A stretch of DNA of 64,000 nucleotides from Nanobdellota archaeon (GTDB lineage Archaea > Nanobdellota > Nanobdellia > Pacearchaeales > GW2011-AR1), in the NCBI GenBank assembly GCA_038045405.1, contig JBBSYF010000001.1, positions 101,175 to 165,174 of the forward strand, read 5' to 3'. A model generated the notes under the pieces. It was given only the letters and a program-made list of their open reading frames with translations. It made no database searches and was not told the origin of the DNA. Position 1 is the first letter of the stretch, and every line of letters begins with the position of its first letter. Of this stretch, positions 35,625 through 46,332 are shown in pieces. Position numbers and translations under genes: made by a program.

Positions 35625-36578
35625 CTTTTTCTTCTCAATCTCTTTTTCCTTCCTTCCAGATGTAACTGACTTTTCAATTTTTCCAAAGAAAAAGCCCCTA
35701 TGAAAACCAACAAAGTAGCCCATTCTCTTAGTGTAAAATATCCTAACATATGTTGAAAAAAGAAGCAAAGGTGAAAAGACTATTGCAAAAGGTATGGCTA
35801 AATAACTTAAAACCATGGCTAAAAGATACTTTTTTGGAACCTTTCCGTAATACTTAAAGTTGACACCGTCCCAGTGTCCAAAGTTTTTGAACTGATTGTA
35901 TAGCCCCTTGTAAGTACCCCTCATAGCCCTATAACCAATAGCGTCTTTTATCGTAGACGCCTTATATCCTCTGTTGAGTATACGTTCATTGAATAAAGTG
36001 TCCTCGCCACCATAAAAGTCTTCAGGATAACCACCTACCTCTTTCCATATCTTCTTTGATAAAATGATATTTCTTGAAGAACCATAGTTCCCATTTTTTG
36101 TAAGACTTTTACCCATTATTTTTTCGAATCTGTTCTTTGCAAGAGGAAAAGTCCTTCCAAACCCAATTTGCCCGTTAAATCCTGCAACCATATTTTTTAT
36201 CCAATCCTTGTGGTAAACACAACCTCCACCGTCCGCCCCAATAACAGTATCATTTTTAGCGTTTTTTATTGCAATGTTTCTACCTTCTGCAATGTTACAC
36301 TTTTCAGTTTCAATGATCTTTAATATTTTGTAAGTTTTTTTATAATCTTTTAGAATTTTTGTCGTGTTATCTGTAGAACCCCCATCCACAATCACAAACT
36401 CATCAGGCTGTATGGTTTGTGCTTTAATAGAATCTAACAAACCTTTGATGTTCTCCTCCTCGTTCCAGACTGTGCAGATAAGACTAACCTTCATAAAAAG
36501 GCCAGACAAAGACATTTTAAAAGGTTTATGTAAATAAAAGTCACAATTAAGAATAAATTTATATAAGGTACTTAACAA
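35619..36578 (-). CDS. glycosyltransferase family 2
   Basis: VSLICTVWNEEENI...FVIVDGGSTDNT GT-A DXD-type motifs. Confidence 0.75.
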   Translation of the reverse strand: MLSTLYKFILNCDFYLHKPFKMSLSGLFMKVSLICTVWNEEENIKGLLDSIKAQTIQPDEFVIVDGGSTDNTTKILKDYKKTYKILKIIETEKCNIAEGRNIAIKNAKNDTVIGADGGGCVYHKDWIKNMVAGFNGQIGFGRTFPLAKNRFEKIMGKSLTKNGNYGSSRNIILSKKIWKEVGGYPEDFYGGEDTLFNERILNRGYKASTIKDAIGYRAMRGTYKGLYNQFKNFGHWDGVNFKYYGKVPKKYLLAMVLSYLAIPFAIVFSPLLLFSTYVRIFYTKRMGYFVGFHRGFFFGKIEKSVTSGRKEKEIEKKKL

Positions 36579-36597
36579 AGATTTTTACTCGAAGAAA

Positions 36598-37419
36598 ATG
36601 AATCTAAAAAATAAACTAAGAATAATCACTCTAAAAGTCTTGGGTCCAGAGAACGTTGATAAAATAAGATATCTCAAGTTTTCATACAAGTTTAACAAAT
36701 TTGTTAAGTACAAAGACAAGAACGTTTTTATTAAAAAATTCTCAGACTTTTACGAACCTGAGATGAGCATCATTCCTAAGATACTTCCTACTCCTGAGGT
36801 TATCGTAGACGTTGGAGCAAATTATGGGACTTACTCATTTTTCTTATCAAGATTATATCCAAAATCCCAGATTTTCGCATTTGAACCCTCAACGAGAACT
36901 TTTAATATACTAAGAAAAATAATTAAAAAATTTAACTTAAAAAATGTTATTCCAATAAAAAAAGGACTAGGAAGCAAAGAAGAAAAGAAAAAAATAGTAA
37001 TGCCGGCACATTATACTATTCTGGCCTATATCTCTGAAGATAACAAAAAAAAGAAAAGTAACGACTTAGTTGAAGATATAGACATCACAACTCTAGACGA
37101 CTTTGTCAAAAGAAACAATCTAAAAAAAATTGACTTTATCAAATGTGATGTGGAAGGTTTTGAATTTGAAGTCTTTAAAGGTGCGAAAAATACACTTAAA
37201 AAATTTAAGCCTATGGTGTTGGTTGAAATTGAAGAAAGACACACTCTCAAATATGGGCTAAACCCTAATGATGTTCTAAAATTCTTTAAGAAATTGGGCT
37301 ACACGTGTTATTCTATAAAAAGTGAAGACATAAAAATCACTGATAAAGTAAATAAAGAAATTCCTCTATACGTTTTTTCGTATAAAAAATTAAAAATCCC
37401 AGTTTCACAATCCTTTTAA
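36598..37419 (+). CDS. FkbM-family SAM-dependent methyltransferase
   Basis: VIVDVGANYGTYS...CDVEGFEFEV, the FkbM domain pattern. Confidence 0.6.
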   Translation: MNLKNKLRIITLKVLGPENVDKIRYLKFSYKFNKFVKYKDKNVFIKKFSDFYEPEMSIIPKILPTPEVIVDVGANYGTYSFFLSRLYPKSQIFAFEPSTRTFNILRKIIKKFNLKNVIPIKKGLGSKEEKKKIVMPAHYTILAYISEDNKKKKSNDLVEDIDITTLDDFVKRNNLKKIDFIKCDVEGFEFEVFKGAKNTLKKFKPMVLVEIEERHTLKYGLNPNDVLKFFKKLGYTCYSIKSEDIKITDKVNKEIPLYVFSYKKLKIPVSQSF

Positions 37420-37435
37420 ATAGTTCTAGCGTTTT

Positions 37436-38560
37436 TTGTCTATGAGGGAAAAGAGAAAAGCCGGAAAACTGGACATATTCTTCAATCCAGGAGTCCACCC
37501 CCAGTTTGCAGAAATTTTCAATTATCCTCCAAATGGGGTTAAATACCATTACTCAATGCCTAGTGGAGATCATAATTCTGAATTTACGCGGAAAAAGAGG
37601 TTAGTAATAGTTCAGACCCACAAACTTGGATTACCAAGAATTTCTCAAGTTAAAAATACCGAAAAATATGATTTGATATATTCTACAAGAGGAATACTTC
37701 CTCTAAATAGAAAACCTTGGATAGTAGACATTGAATCTGGAGCAGCCTTTGCGGGATTGAATTGGAATAATCTAAAGAACCCCATAATGCAAAAGATAAT
37801 CAAAAGATTTCTTTCCTCTAAATATTGCAAGAAAATCTTGCCCCAAAGTGACGCAGCAAAAAAAAGTCTATTAGAAAATATTGATTGTTCTGGCTTCAAA
37901 GATAAGATAGAAACAGTCTACTTGGCTTATCACACTACAAAGCTTAAAAGAAAACATTCGGATACTGTCAGAATTTCTTTTATAGGTCGTGGATTTTATG
38001 AAAAAGGCGGCAATGATTTACAGGAAGCATTTAAGATACTTAACAAGAAATATAAAATAAGTTTAAAATATAAGGGAATTGTGCCTGAAGACAAAAAATT
38101 AAAATTACCAAATGTTCATTACCTTGAGAACATTTCCGACCCTAAAAAATTTTATGAAGCAATTTTCGGAGATTGTGATATTTATGTTCAACCGACGACA
38201 GTTGACAGTTATGGGGTTTCCATACTTGAAGCAATGTCAACGGGATTGCCCATTGTTTGTACCGATGATTTCACTTTGCCAGAGCTTGTTGAAGACGGAT
38301 ATAATGGCTTTTTAGTGAAAAGTCCTATCCATTGGTACGACTACAGATTTGATTTGGACAAATATGTTGAAGATGTTAAAAAGCCACACCCCGAAACAGT
38401 AAAAGAACTTGTAGAAAAAATTTCTATCTTAATAGAAAACAAAAAATTAAGAGAATCGATGGGAAAAAACAGTTTCAAACTTGTAGAGTCTGGAAAGTTT
38501 TCAATAAAAGAAAGAAACAAAAAACTACTGAAAATTTACAATGAAGCAGTAGAAGATTGA
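37436..38560 (+). CDS. glycosyltransferase family 1 (GT4)
   Basis: C-terminal ...YVQPTTVDSYGVSILEAMSTGLPIV...GFLV E(x7)E motif. Confidence 0.7.
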   Translation: MSMREKRKAGKLDIFFNPGVHPQFAEIFNYPPNGVKYHYSMPSGDHNSEFTRKKRLVIVQTHKLGLPRISQVKNTEKYDLIYSTRGILPLNRKPWIVDIESGAAFAGLNWNNLKNPIMQKIIKRFLSSKYCKKILPQSDAAKKSLLENIDCSGFKDKIETVYLAYHTTKLKRKHSDTVRISFIGRGFYEKGGNDLQEAFKILNKKYKISLKYKGIVPEDKKLKLPNVHYLENISDPKKFYEAIFGDCDIYVQPTTVDSYGVSILEAMSTGLPIVCTDDFTLPELVEDGYNGFLVKSPIHWYDYRFDLDKYVEDVKKPHPETVKELVEKISILIENKKLRESMGKNSFKLVESGKFSIKERNKKLLKIYNEAVED

Positions 38561-39501
38561 TTCTGTTTTAAATAGTCAACAAATTTGATTATTCCTTCTT
38601 GAATTGTTATTGTCTCAATTCCTAACAAACTTTTCATTAAAGTTGTATCTGCTTTAAGATTGTCCACATAATTTTTATCTTTTGGAATGAATACGGGATC
38701 TGCTCCCGAACCGACAGAACTCTTGACAAGACTCAATAATTCTTTAAAAGAGATGTCTCTTCCCGTTCCAACATTTATTACACCACGATAATCTATCTCT
38801 GCTGCTCTTACTGCTGCTTTAACTATATCCTCAACATAGATGAAGTCCCTCGTTTGTCCACCGTCGCCCCAAACTTCAGGTGCTTTTCCATTCATGTAAT
38901 CTCTTATGAACATATACAAAACACTTCCAAACTCTTTTTTCCATTCTTCTCCAGGACCATAACCTCCAAATACTCTTAAACCGACGCAATTGACGAAATC
39001 TGAGTAAGAACTAGCAAGACCTTCACATGCCACTTTTGAAGCTGCATAAAGGTTTCGTGGCTTAACATTAATATTCTCATGATGGGGCATCTCGTTTCCA
39101 GCATAATTGCTTCCAGAAGAAGGATAAACAACTCTCTTTACATTATTCATCTTAGCAAACTCTAGAACATTCCAAAATCCAAAAACTGTTTCATTGTAAC
39201 ATTTTTCTGGACTTTCTTTAAACAAAGTTATGGATGATGGGGCTGCGAAATGAAAAATGTACTCAATATCTTTTGGAACTTTTTCCCAAGTTTCTTTTCT
39301 TGACACATCTCCCCATATAACTTTAACTTTATCGAGAAGAGGTGTAAGTTTGTTCCGTGCCATATCAAAGTTAATGTATGAAAAGTTGTCTATAGAATAT
39401 ACTTCTGCCCCTCTGTCTAATAACTCTTTTCCTAAGTTTGAGCCTATAAATCCCGTTATCCCATTCACTAGAACTTTTTTGCCTCTCCAATCCATAATCA
39501 A
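38536..39501 (-). CDS. NAD-dependent sugar-nucleotide epimerase/dehydratase
   Basis: VLVNGITGFIGSNL Rossmann motif and a YxxxK catalytic region (YAASK). Confidence 0.8.
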   Translation of the reverse strand: MIMDWRGKKVLVNGITGFIGSNLGKELLDRGAEVYSIDNFSYINFDMARNKLTPLLDKVKVIWGDVSRKETWEKVPKDIEYIFHFAAPSSITLFKESPEKCYNETVFGFWNVLEFAKMNNVKRVVYPSSGSNYAGNEMPHHENINVKPRNLYAASKVACEGLASSYSDFVNCVGLRVFGGYGPGEEWKKEFGSVLYMFIRDYMNGKAPEVWGDGGQTRDFIYVEDIVKAAVRAAEIDYRGVINVGTGRDISFKELLSLVKSSVGSGADPVFIPKDKNYVDNLKADTTLMKSLLGIETITIQEGIIKFVDYLKQNQSSTASL

Positions 39502-39539
39502 AAATGTTGAAAATTCTTTTTAAGCTTTATGCAACGAGA

Positions 39540-40688
39540 TTATATATTTGTATTCTCATCAGGAATTAGTAAAGAAACAATTTTCTTGCTAACACCTCTT
39601 TCCCCATACGGATTTTTGAACATCGTAGGCTTTATTTTGTTACTTTCAATGTCTTCTATAACTTTTTTTGCATAATTTACATTTAGATTAGTCAAAAAGT
39701 TAATTCCCGTCGACAAACCCTCCTGCCTTTCTGTTTTTTTTCTGAGAATTATGCATGGTTTTTTGAAAACCAGACTTTCTTCTTGTATTGATCCTCCATC
39801 AGCAATAAGATATTTGCAATTTGCAAGTAAGAAAATGAAATCCTCATAATCAATTAAAGAAATTACTTCAATATTCTTCATACTTTTTACCTCTCCAACT
39901 AAACCAAACTTCTCTATAAAGCGCGCAGTATTTGCATGTAAGGGCCATATGCCATTAGTTTTTACAGCCTTTAGTATTTCTATTATCTTTACTAATCTTT
40001 TTTTGTTGTTAATGTTCTCGTGTCTGTGGATGTTAATAAGAGCATAACCAGAAACTTTTTTTCTTTTTTTCTTTTTTGAGTTTTGATAAGCAATCAATGA
40101 AGAGTCTACTATAGTGTTTCCTATCTTCACAATTTTTCCTCTAAGTCCCTGTTTTATCAAATTTTGTTCTGAAAAATCTGAAACCGCAAGTAAAATATCT
40201 GAGAATCTATCACTAATCTGCCTTGAAATTTCTTCTGGAAAAGGTTCTAACAAACTTCCAGAACGCAAACCCGCCTCGAGATGTACATTTTTCCATTTCT
40301 TCTTAGAATTTAGGGGTTTGCTTGAACCTATTGATGCTGCGGCAGTACTCATAGTGTCTCCATGATAAATTACATACCTCGGCCCTAGTTTTCTAATTAA
40401 AGTTCTTATCTTGAATATCATTCCAAGAAACCAAACCAAAGAATTTCTATTAACTTTAGACCAAAATTTAGTGCTTCGCTCAGGTTCCTTGCTCAGTACA
40501 AAATCTGGTTTTTTGATTCCGAAATCTTCACACGCTTTTCCCAAAGAATGTTGTCCAGTATGGATAAACCAATACTCTTTTCTCTGATTCTGAAGCTCAA
40601 GCATTACAGGCATACATTTGATAAGTTCTGCTTTGGTTCCAATGACAATTGCTATTCCAGAATGCCCTCTATCCATGAGATTAATCAC
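39540..40688 (-). CDS. UDP-N-acetylglucosamine 2-epimerase (non-hydrolysing, WecB-like)
   Basis: IAIVIGTKAELIKCMPVMLEL...FIHTGQH N-terminal signature. Confidence 0.7.
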   Translation of the reverse strand: MINLMDRGHSGIAIVIGTKAELIKCMPVMLELQNQRKEYWFIHTGQHSLGKACEDFGIKKPDFVLSKEPERSTKFWSKVNRNSLVWFLGMIFKIRTLIRKLGPRYVIYHGDTMSTAAASIGSSKPLNSKKKWKNVHLEAGLRSGSLLEPFPEEISRQISDRFSDILLAVSDFSEQNLIKQGLRGKIVKIGNTIVDSSLIAYQNSKKKKRKKVSGYALINIHRHENINNKKRLVKIIEILKAVKTNGIWPLHANTARFIEKFGLVGEVKSMKNIEVISLIDYEDFIFLLANCKYLIADGGSIQEESLVFKKPCIILRKKTERQEGLSTGINFLTNLNVNYAKKVIEDIESNKIKPTMFKNPYGERGVSKKIVSLLIPDENTNI

Positions 40689-40722
40689 AAAAACTCTGTT
40701 TTAAATATTATGTAACTGAAAA

Positions 40723-43494
40723 CTATGCTATAAACTGCAATGTATCGAACTCTGCATATTCGCCAGATCTTCTTAAGAACTCATCCCTTACTAAAATGTT
40801 ATTAGGATAATCAACTTTCCAAATTTGTATTGGACCTCTGAAACCGTTGATATACGCCATGTTGCCTAAATTTGCACCTTGTTTGTTTAAGCTGTCAAGG
40901 GTTAGATCTGGTTGGGAATGAGCTACACTCACTGTTCCATATTCTTTCAAAGGATCATTAAGCAAGTACAATTGGGCAAACAACCCTTTTGAGACTCTTG
41001 GAGACAAATAAATAATTGCCCCTGCTCCGTCGATTTGAACACCTTGCCCATCCTGAGAAACGGAAGGAATTATTTTTATCACCGCGTCTAATCCGCTACC
41101 AAAATCAGAAAACTTATTTTCATAATACAAGTATCTTATTGGAATATTTGTTTGTTTTTGATTGTACACAAAAACAGCTTGTGGTTGTTTGAAAGAATTG
41201 GAGTTATTACTTCTTACAACCTCGATTACAGTCCCTATAACTACTGCTCTGTCTGAAGGTAAAAACACCTCTCCATCACCAGTGTTATACACAATATCTT
41301 GATCCACAGGTGCCCCTCCCTGATAGATCCTCATTTCACCAGTGCTTGTTTCTCTTATCTGTGAAGGGTTGAATAACATAATCGGAATTTGAGCAAATCT
41401 ATCTCCTCCTGCTCCATCGCCACCGATACTACTGTATGCTGGATATTTGCCTAAATCGGATGGATCTATTAACAGGTAAGATACGTTGTGTGTTTTCATG
41501 AAACTAAGTGCGGCATCCGGATTTGGCGTTGTTAGTAAGTACCTTCCTATTAAATGGTCCCAGTAAGTTACTTCGTGGCCTCCGTCAGTTACTGTGGGTC
41601 TTTTTCCAATTGTTTGTACCCAATAACCATAATCCCACCAATGAACAAACATACTTTGTTCAGCAGTATTTTCCCTTACCCATGCCATGGCCATTTGCCA
41701 CTGAACTGTGTCCGAACCTGGAATTGTGTACTTTACTGCACCAGAAGTGGCAGCCTCGTAATTTTTAAAAATTAAGCCAGTATAAAAAAGGCTGACTAAA
41801 ATTAATATCAACAAAAAAAGTTTCAAGAGGTCATCTTTTGATTTGATTCTGTAACTCATCAAAGCCAGAGGAAGGAAGGCCATAGGTATTATAAAAACTG
41901 GTGAAGATATCACAAGCAATCTTATTGCTCCTCTTGAAGCTACAATCATCAGAACAGTGAGAAGTAATACAAAAATATAAGAAAATTCTATTTCTTTAAA
42001 TCTTTCAAGCTTACCCTCACTTTTTAAGTTTTTTACATAAACATAAATTATTGAAGCAGAGAAAACAATCATTGCACTAAAATAAACAATCTGACTTACG
42101 GGATGAACACCATTGAACAGATTACTTTCTGGAGAGTATCTTGAAAAAATCAAACCAATCACGAAGGCAATAAAAGATGTAATTAATACTATCTTGTCTC
42201 TCTTCTCCAAACTTTTTACTGCTTCACAAAATAAGAATATTAATCCGAAGAAAAACATCCAGAAAAAACTAACACCAAAACTAGAAAAAATGTCTACGAC
42301 ATACAATGGTTTATTTTCAGCAACCGTTAGTCCTACTCTACTTCTTCCAAAAGGATAAAGAAGGTGCTCCTTTAAGTCAACTAAAATTCCAATAAGAAGG
42401 CTTGGTTTTAGAAAAACAAGGACTATGAATCCTCCCAATATAACCAACACAAGTGAGATTATTTCTTTGTTTATCCAGTCTTTTTTAAAAGTTCTTTTGA
42501 CTCTGTTCAAAATTCCCTCATTAATTAAAATGTTTACAATTAATACTAAAAACACAAACAAAGCTATTGTTGCATGAGTCACGTCTAAAGCAGCTACTTT
42601 AAATCCAACTTTCATTCCCAGGAATAAAAAAGAAGGGACAAACCACAAGGAGTAAATTATTGTTTCTTTTTTATTTACCTTTCCTAATAAAAAAGCAATC
42701 ATAACTGCCAGAGGCAGCGCGTAGAATATGAACCGAAATCCACCCCATGTGAAGGTCATTAATGCTGTTGAAATTCCGGAAGCAAGAGCTAACAGATATC
42801 CTCTATGTACATTGAGAATCTTTTTGTCATCATGCCATGCTTTCAAGAAAAAGAAAAAAGAGAGCCAAAAGAAAAATAATCCTGCACTCTCTAATTCGGG
42901 TATTCCAGCAGTTGTTCTATGTTGCATTAAAGGTAAAACAGAGTAAATGACCGTTGCAATAACTGCTATGGCACTTTTCTGAAACTCTTCTTTCTTAGGG
43001 AATAGTTCTCTTACAAAGAAGAAGAATACAATGATACTCAATCCAAAAAAGATTACCGGAAAAATTATTGCTGCATATTCCAATGAAACATCTTTTTGAA
43101 ACAAATTTAAAAGTTTGTAGAGGTATGCGATTCCATAAGGTAAAAAGTTGTAGTAAGGTTTTGCCCCGTGATAACGCATGTAATCTGGATTAAGAATTTT
43201 TCCATGATCGATTATTTCGTAAGCTGTTCTTAGATAAAGGAATGGGTCTAAATCTGGTCCAAGAGTATAACCTCCAGTAGTGACGTCTTTGAGCTGAGGT
43301 ATATTCGTTGTTCTTATGTACGTTCCAAGAATCAAAATCACCAGCAGTAAACCCAAAGCTATGTAAAACCATCTTTTGCTACCTTGCCAATTCTCTTTAA
43401 ATTTGAAACTGATAGAATCTTCACTCATTTTCTTAGATTCCCAAGGAAAAATCCCTTTAAAATCTTTGTCTATTGAATGATTAATGGCCAACAA
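40723..43494 (-). CDS. aglB: archaeal oligosaccharyltransferase AglB (STT3 homologue)
   Basis: 13-TM N-terminal domain and the catalytic HWWDYGYW motif; 923 aa. Confidence 0.85.
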   Translation of the reverse strand: MLAINHSIDKDFKGIFPWESKKMSEDSISFKFKENWQGSKRWFYIALGLLLVILILGTYIRTTNIPQLKDVTTGGYTLGPDLDPFLYLRTAYEIIDHGKILNPDYMRYHGAKPYYNFLPYGIAYLYKLLNLFQKDVSLEYAAIIFPVIFFGLSIIVFFFFVRELFPKKEEFQKSAIAVIATVIYSVLPLMQHRTTAGIPELESAGLFFFWLSFFFFLKAWHDDKKILNVHRGYLLALASGISTALMTFTWGGFRFIFYALPLAVMIAFLLGKVNKKETIIYSLWFVPSFLFLGMKVGFKVAALDVTHATIALFVFLVLIVNILINEGILNRVKRTFKKDWINKEIISLVLVILGGFIVLVFLKPSLLIGILVDLKEHLLYPFGRSRVGLTVAENKPLYVVDIFSSFGVSFFWMFFFGLIFLFCEAVKSLEKRDKIVLITSFIAFVIGLIFSRYSPESNLFNGVHPVSQIVYFSAMIVFSASIIYVYVKNLKSEGKLERFKEIEFSYIFVLLLTVLMIVASRGAIRLLVISSPVFIIPMAFLPLALMSYRIKSKDDLLKLFLLILILVSLFYTGLIFKNYEAATSGAVKYTIPGSDTVQWQMAMAWVRENTAEQSMFVHWWDYGYWVQTIGKRPTVTDGGHEVTYWDHLIGRYLLTTPNPDAALSFMKTHNVSYLLIDPSDLGKYPAYSSIGGDGAGGDRFAQIPIMLFNPSQIRETSTGEMRIYQGGAPVDQDIVYNTGDGEVFLPSDRAVVIGTVIEVVRSNNSNSFKQPQAVFVYNQKQTNIPIRYLYYENKFSDFGSGLDAVIKIIPSVSQDGQGVQIDGAGAIIYLSPRVSKGLFAQLYLLNDPLKEYGTVSVAHSQPDLTLDSLNKQGANLGNMAYINGFRGPIQIWKVDYPNNILVRDEFLRRSGEYAEFDTLQFIA

Positions 43495-43519
43495 AACACA
43501 AATTTTTAGTCAAAGGAAT

Positions 43520-44530
43520 TCAAAGAAATACGAAAAAAGCAATAATTATAAGTAAAATCTGGAAACAATGAATTAAGTAAACAACATCATTTTCATAAAC
43601 TTTCTTGCTTGGTTTAAATTTTTTAAGAAGGTAAATTGCGAGATGTTCTAATCCGTATATTTTCTTGTAAGGCATTTCCAAGCTTCCATCTTTATTCGGC
43701 TTAGCGAATGATTGCTTTTCCAATCCTCCTCTTAACTTTAAAACTGTTTCAAGAACATAAGGTATGAAAATAAACATTGCTATCTTTTCTAGATTTCCGA
43801 GTATAGCCATCCCCGCAATGAGTGCTCCGATTGCCCATGTAAGAGAATCGCCTGGGAAAACTTTTGCAGGATTTTTGTTATAAAACCAAAAACCAATTAA
43901 TGCAGAAACCATAATCAATCCAACCACTGCCAACCAAGACGAACCTGTTATATATGCAACAAAAGACAAGAAACTAAGAATTAAAATCCCCTGGCCAGCT
44001 TCAAGCCCATTGTACCCTGCTAAAAAGTTGTAAGTTGTTGTCGCACCAACTATTCCAATAGGAATTACAAGCAGAGGGTAAAAAATCCCCAAGTCTATTT
44101 GTCCTAAAAAAGGGAAATTCATTGTTGAGCTTCCAGCATTAATAACAACTAAAGGAACAGAAGCTATAAACGCCAAAATAATTCTTGTCCTCTTAGACAA
44201 CCCCTTGTTCCTCCAACCTAACAAGTCGTCAATAATTCCAACAATACATAAGATGAGCACAACGCTTAGCAAAGCAAAAATTTCAAGGCTTACACCATTC
44301 TGATTTTTTAGTAAAAATGTTCTTATTGCAATGTAATACAAAACTCCGACGACAAATGCAATTACAACAACTATACCTCCAGAACCACCAACATTTTTTG
44401 GTTTATTTGGTTTGTTCATATCCTCCCAAACAAGCCCCACTCTTTTCATTTTTTTAATCCAAAAGGGCATAGTAAAAAATGTTAGGAGAAAACTTATCAC
44501 TAAAGCGATTAAAATCAAGACCTCAACCAT
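43520..44530 (-). CDS. GT4 MraY/WecA-family sugar-1-phosphate transferase (AglH-like dolichyl-P GlcNAc-1-P transferase)
   Basis: Polytopic membrane protein with the IIDDLLGW... D-D cytoplasmic-loop motif of the WecA/MraY/GPT family, next to aglB. Confidence 0.7.
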   Translation of the reverse strand: MVEVLILIALVISFLLTFFTMPFWIKKMKRVGLVWEDMNKPNKPKNVGGSGGIVVVIAFVVGVLYYIAIRTFLLKNQNGVSLEIFALLSVVLILCIVGIIDDLLGWRNKGLSKRTRIILAFIASVPLVVINAGSSTMNFPFLGQIDLGIFYPLLVIPIGIVGATTTYNFLAGYNGLEAGQGILILSFLSFVAYITGSSWLAVVGLIMVSALIGFWFYNKNPAKVFPGDSLTWAIGALIAGMAILGNLEKIAMFIFIPYVLETVLKLRGGLEKQSFAKPNKDGSLEMPYKKIYGLEHLAIYLLKKFKPSKKVYENDVVYLIHCFQILLIIIAFFVFL

Positions 44531-44603
44531 AGGTGGATTAGTCTTTTTTTGTTTTTAAATCTTATAGAACTTGATTTCATGAAAACGAACTAACTTTTAA
44601 AAA

Positions 44604-45455
44604 TCAACTAAAAATCAGTGGAGTAAAATAAACTTCCATTATTGCAGCAGCAATAAGAATTGCAAGAGCTATGAAAAGAAGCACAACTGTGTTTTCAACA
44701 ACGTGTACAAACCTATCACTCTTAAATCCGTTTCGTACAACTCCAACACCAAAAATCCCTCCTGCTAAAGCGGCAATAAAATATGCCGCTACTTCTGGGA
44801 AGCCATGAACCATGTACCTCAAGACTCCTAAAGGTATGTCTGCTATAGAATTCTGAGCAAAAATGCTTATTGCGGCAGCAATGACGCTTGCATTCCATGC
44901 AAGGACAAAAATAGCCCCGGCCCCGAAAATTAGCGATAAGATTAAAGTAAATATCATCACATAAACATTGTTCTCAATTATTGAAAGTAACCTAATCTCT
45001 TTTACAGCCGCCCCCGTAGCTTTATTAAAACTGTAACTATCAACACACTTGTCCAAGTCTCCAGGGCTGTTTATTCTACAAAAAGTTTCTATTTGTGCGT
45101 TAAAGAGGTTGGAGTCTTGTAAAACTATGTACCAAAAAGAGAAAGCGATGATGAAACCCAAAAAAAGCCATAAAAAAGAGTAAATTGCATCTTTGTGAAT
45201 TCTCCACACACCAAAAAATCCAAACACTTCTTCATCTTCGGCTTCTTCTTCGGTTATTACAAAGTACATAAATGGAAGGGTTAGCATAACACAAAAAGTA
45301 ACAACAATCATTCCAGAGTACTGTGACAAAACAACATCTCCAGCAAAGAACCACTTTACTAAAATTAAAGAAAGAGAGGCATAGAGAATTCCTATGAAAA
45401 GCATTTTCCAAGGTCCCTTCTCCAATCTTCTCGGGTTAAACATACTCTCTATCAT
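44604..45455 (-). CDS. SpoIIM-like / DUF95-family membrane protein
   Basis: Multi-TM protein; the pattern resembles DUF95 but the assignment is weak. Confidence 0.35.
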   Translation of the reverse strand: MIESMFNPRRLEKGPWKMLFIGILYASLSLILVKWFFAGDVVLSQYSGMIVVTFCVMLTLPFMYFVITEEEAEDEEVFGFFGVWRIHKDAIYSFLWLFLGFIIAFSFWYIVLQDSNLFNAQIETFCRINSPGDLDKCVDSYSFNKATGAAVKEIRLLSIIENNVYVMIFTLILSLIFGAGAIFVLAWNASVIAAAISIFAQNSIADIPLGVLRYMVHGFPEVAAYFIAALAGGIFGVGVVRNGFKSDRFVHVVENTVVLLFIALAILIAAAIMEVYFTPLIFS

Positions 45456-45505
45456 TATATCAATAAAAAAAGAGAATTTTTAAACTTTCTCCAATTGTCA
45501 CTATC

Positions 45506-46327
45506 ATGAGTAATCAAAAAAAATTCGACAAAATCGTTTCTGACATAAAAAAGATAAAAATTCAGGGAGCTAGAAATGTAGCAAAATCTGCCCTTAACGC
45601 TTATTTTTTAATTCCCTCACAAAAATCCAAAGATATTTTATTAAAATCCCGTCCAACAGAACCCATGATGAAAAACGTTTTAGATATGACAAAAAAGTAT
45701 TCACAAGGAAAAATACTAAAACACTTTGATGAATCTAGACAAAAAATAAATGAGCACATTTTCAAGTTAATAAAGAACGGCGACGTGATTTTTACTCATT
45801 GTCATTCTACCAGTGTTAGCGATGCTCTTGTATATGCAAAGAAAAAAGGGAGAAAATTTGAAGTTTATAATACTGAAACCCGCCCATTGTATCAGGGAAG
45901 AAAAACTGCTCAAGAGTTAGGAAAAGCAGGAATTAAAGTCACAATTTTTACAGATTCTGCTTTCGAAATTGCCTTACTAAAAACTCAAGACACAAAAAAA
46001 GTGGACAAAGTTTTGATTGGGGCTGATGCTCTAATAAGCAGAGGTGTAATAAACAAAATAGGAAGTGGTATGATTTCTGAAATTGCTTATCATCACAAAA
46101 TCCCAGTTTATATTGTCTCAGACTCTTGGAAGTACACTTCAAAAAAAGTTCCTTTAGAACAAAGAAACATAAATGAGATATGGAATAACGCCCCAAAAAA
46201 TGTCAAAATAAAAAACCCTGCTTTTGAATTTGTACAAAAAAAATACATCAAAGCAGTCGTCTCTGAACTTGGAATTTTGAGTTATGATAATTTCTTGAAA
46301 AAAGTTTCAAAAACTAGTAAGAATTAA
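45506..46327 (+). CDS. translation initiation factor eIF-2B family protein (short aIF-2B-like paralogue)
   Basis: ...HCHSTSV...TETRP..QG...A.EL...GI.VT...DSA...GADA... family pattern. Confidence 0.65.
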   Translation: MSNQKKFDKIVSDIKKIKIQGARNVAKSALNAYFLIPSQKSKDILLKSRPTEPMMKNVLDMTKKYSQGKILKHFDESRQKINEHIFKLIKNGDVIFTHCHSTSVSDALVYAKKKGRKFEVYNTETRPLYQGRKTAQELGKAGIKVTIFTDSAFEIALLKTQDTKKVDKVLIGADALISRGVINKIGSGMISEIAYHHKIPVYIVSDSWKYTSKKVPLEQRNINEIWNNAPKNVKIKNPAFEFVQKKYIKAVVSELGILSYDNFLKKVSKTSKN

Positions 46328-46332
46328 TCGTT

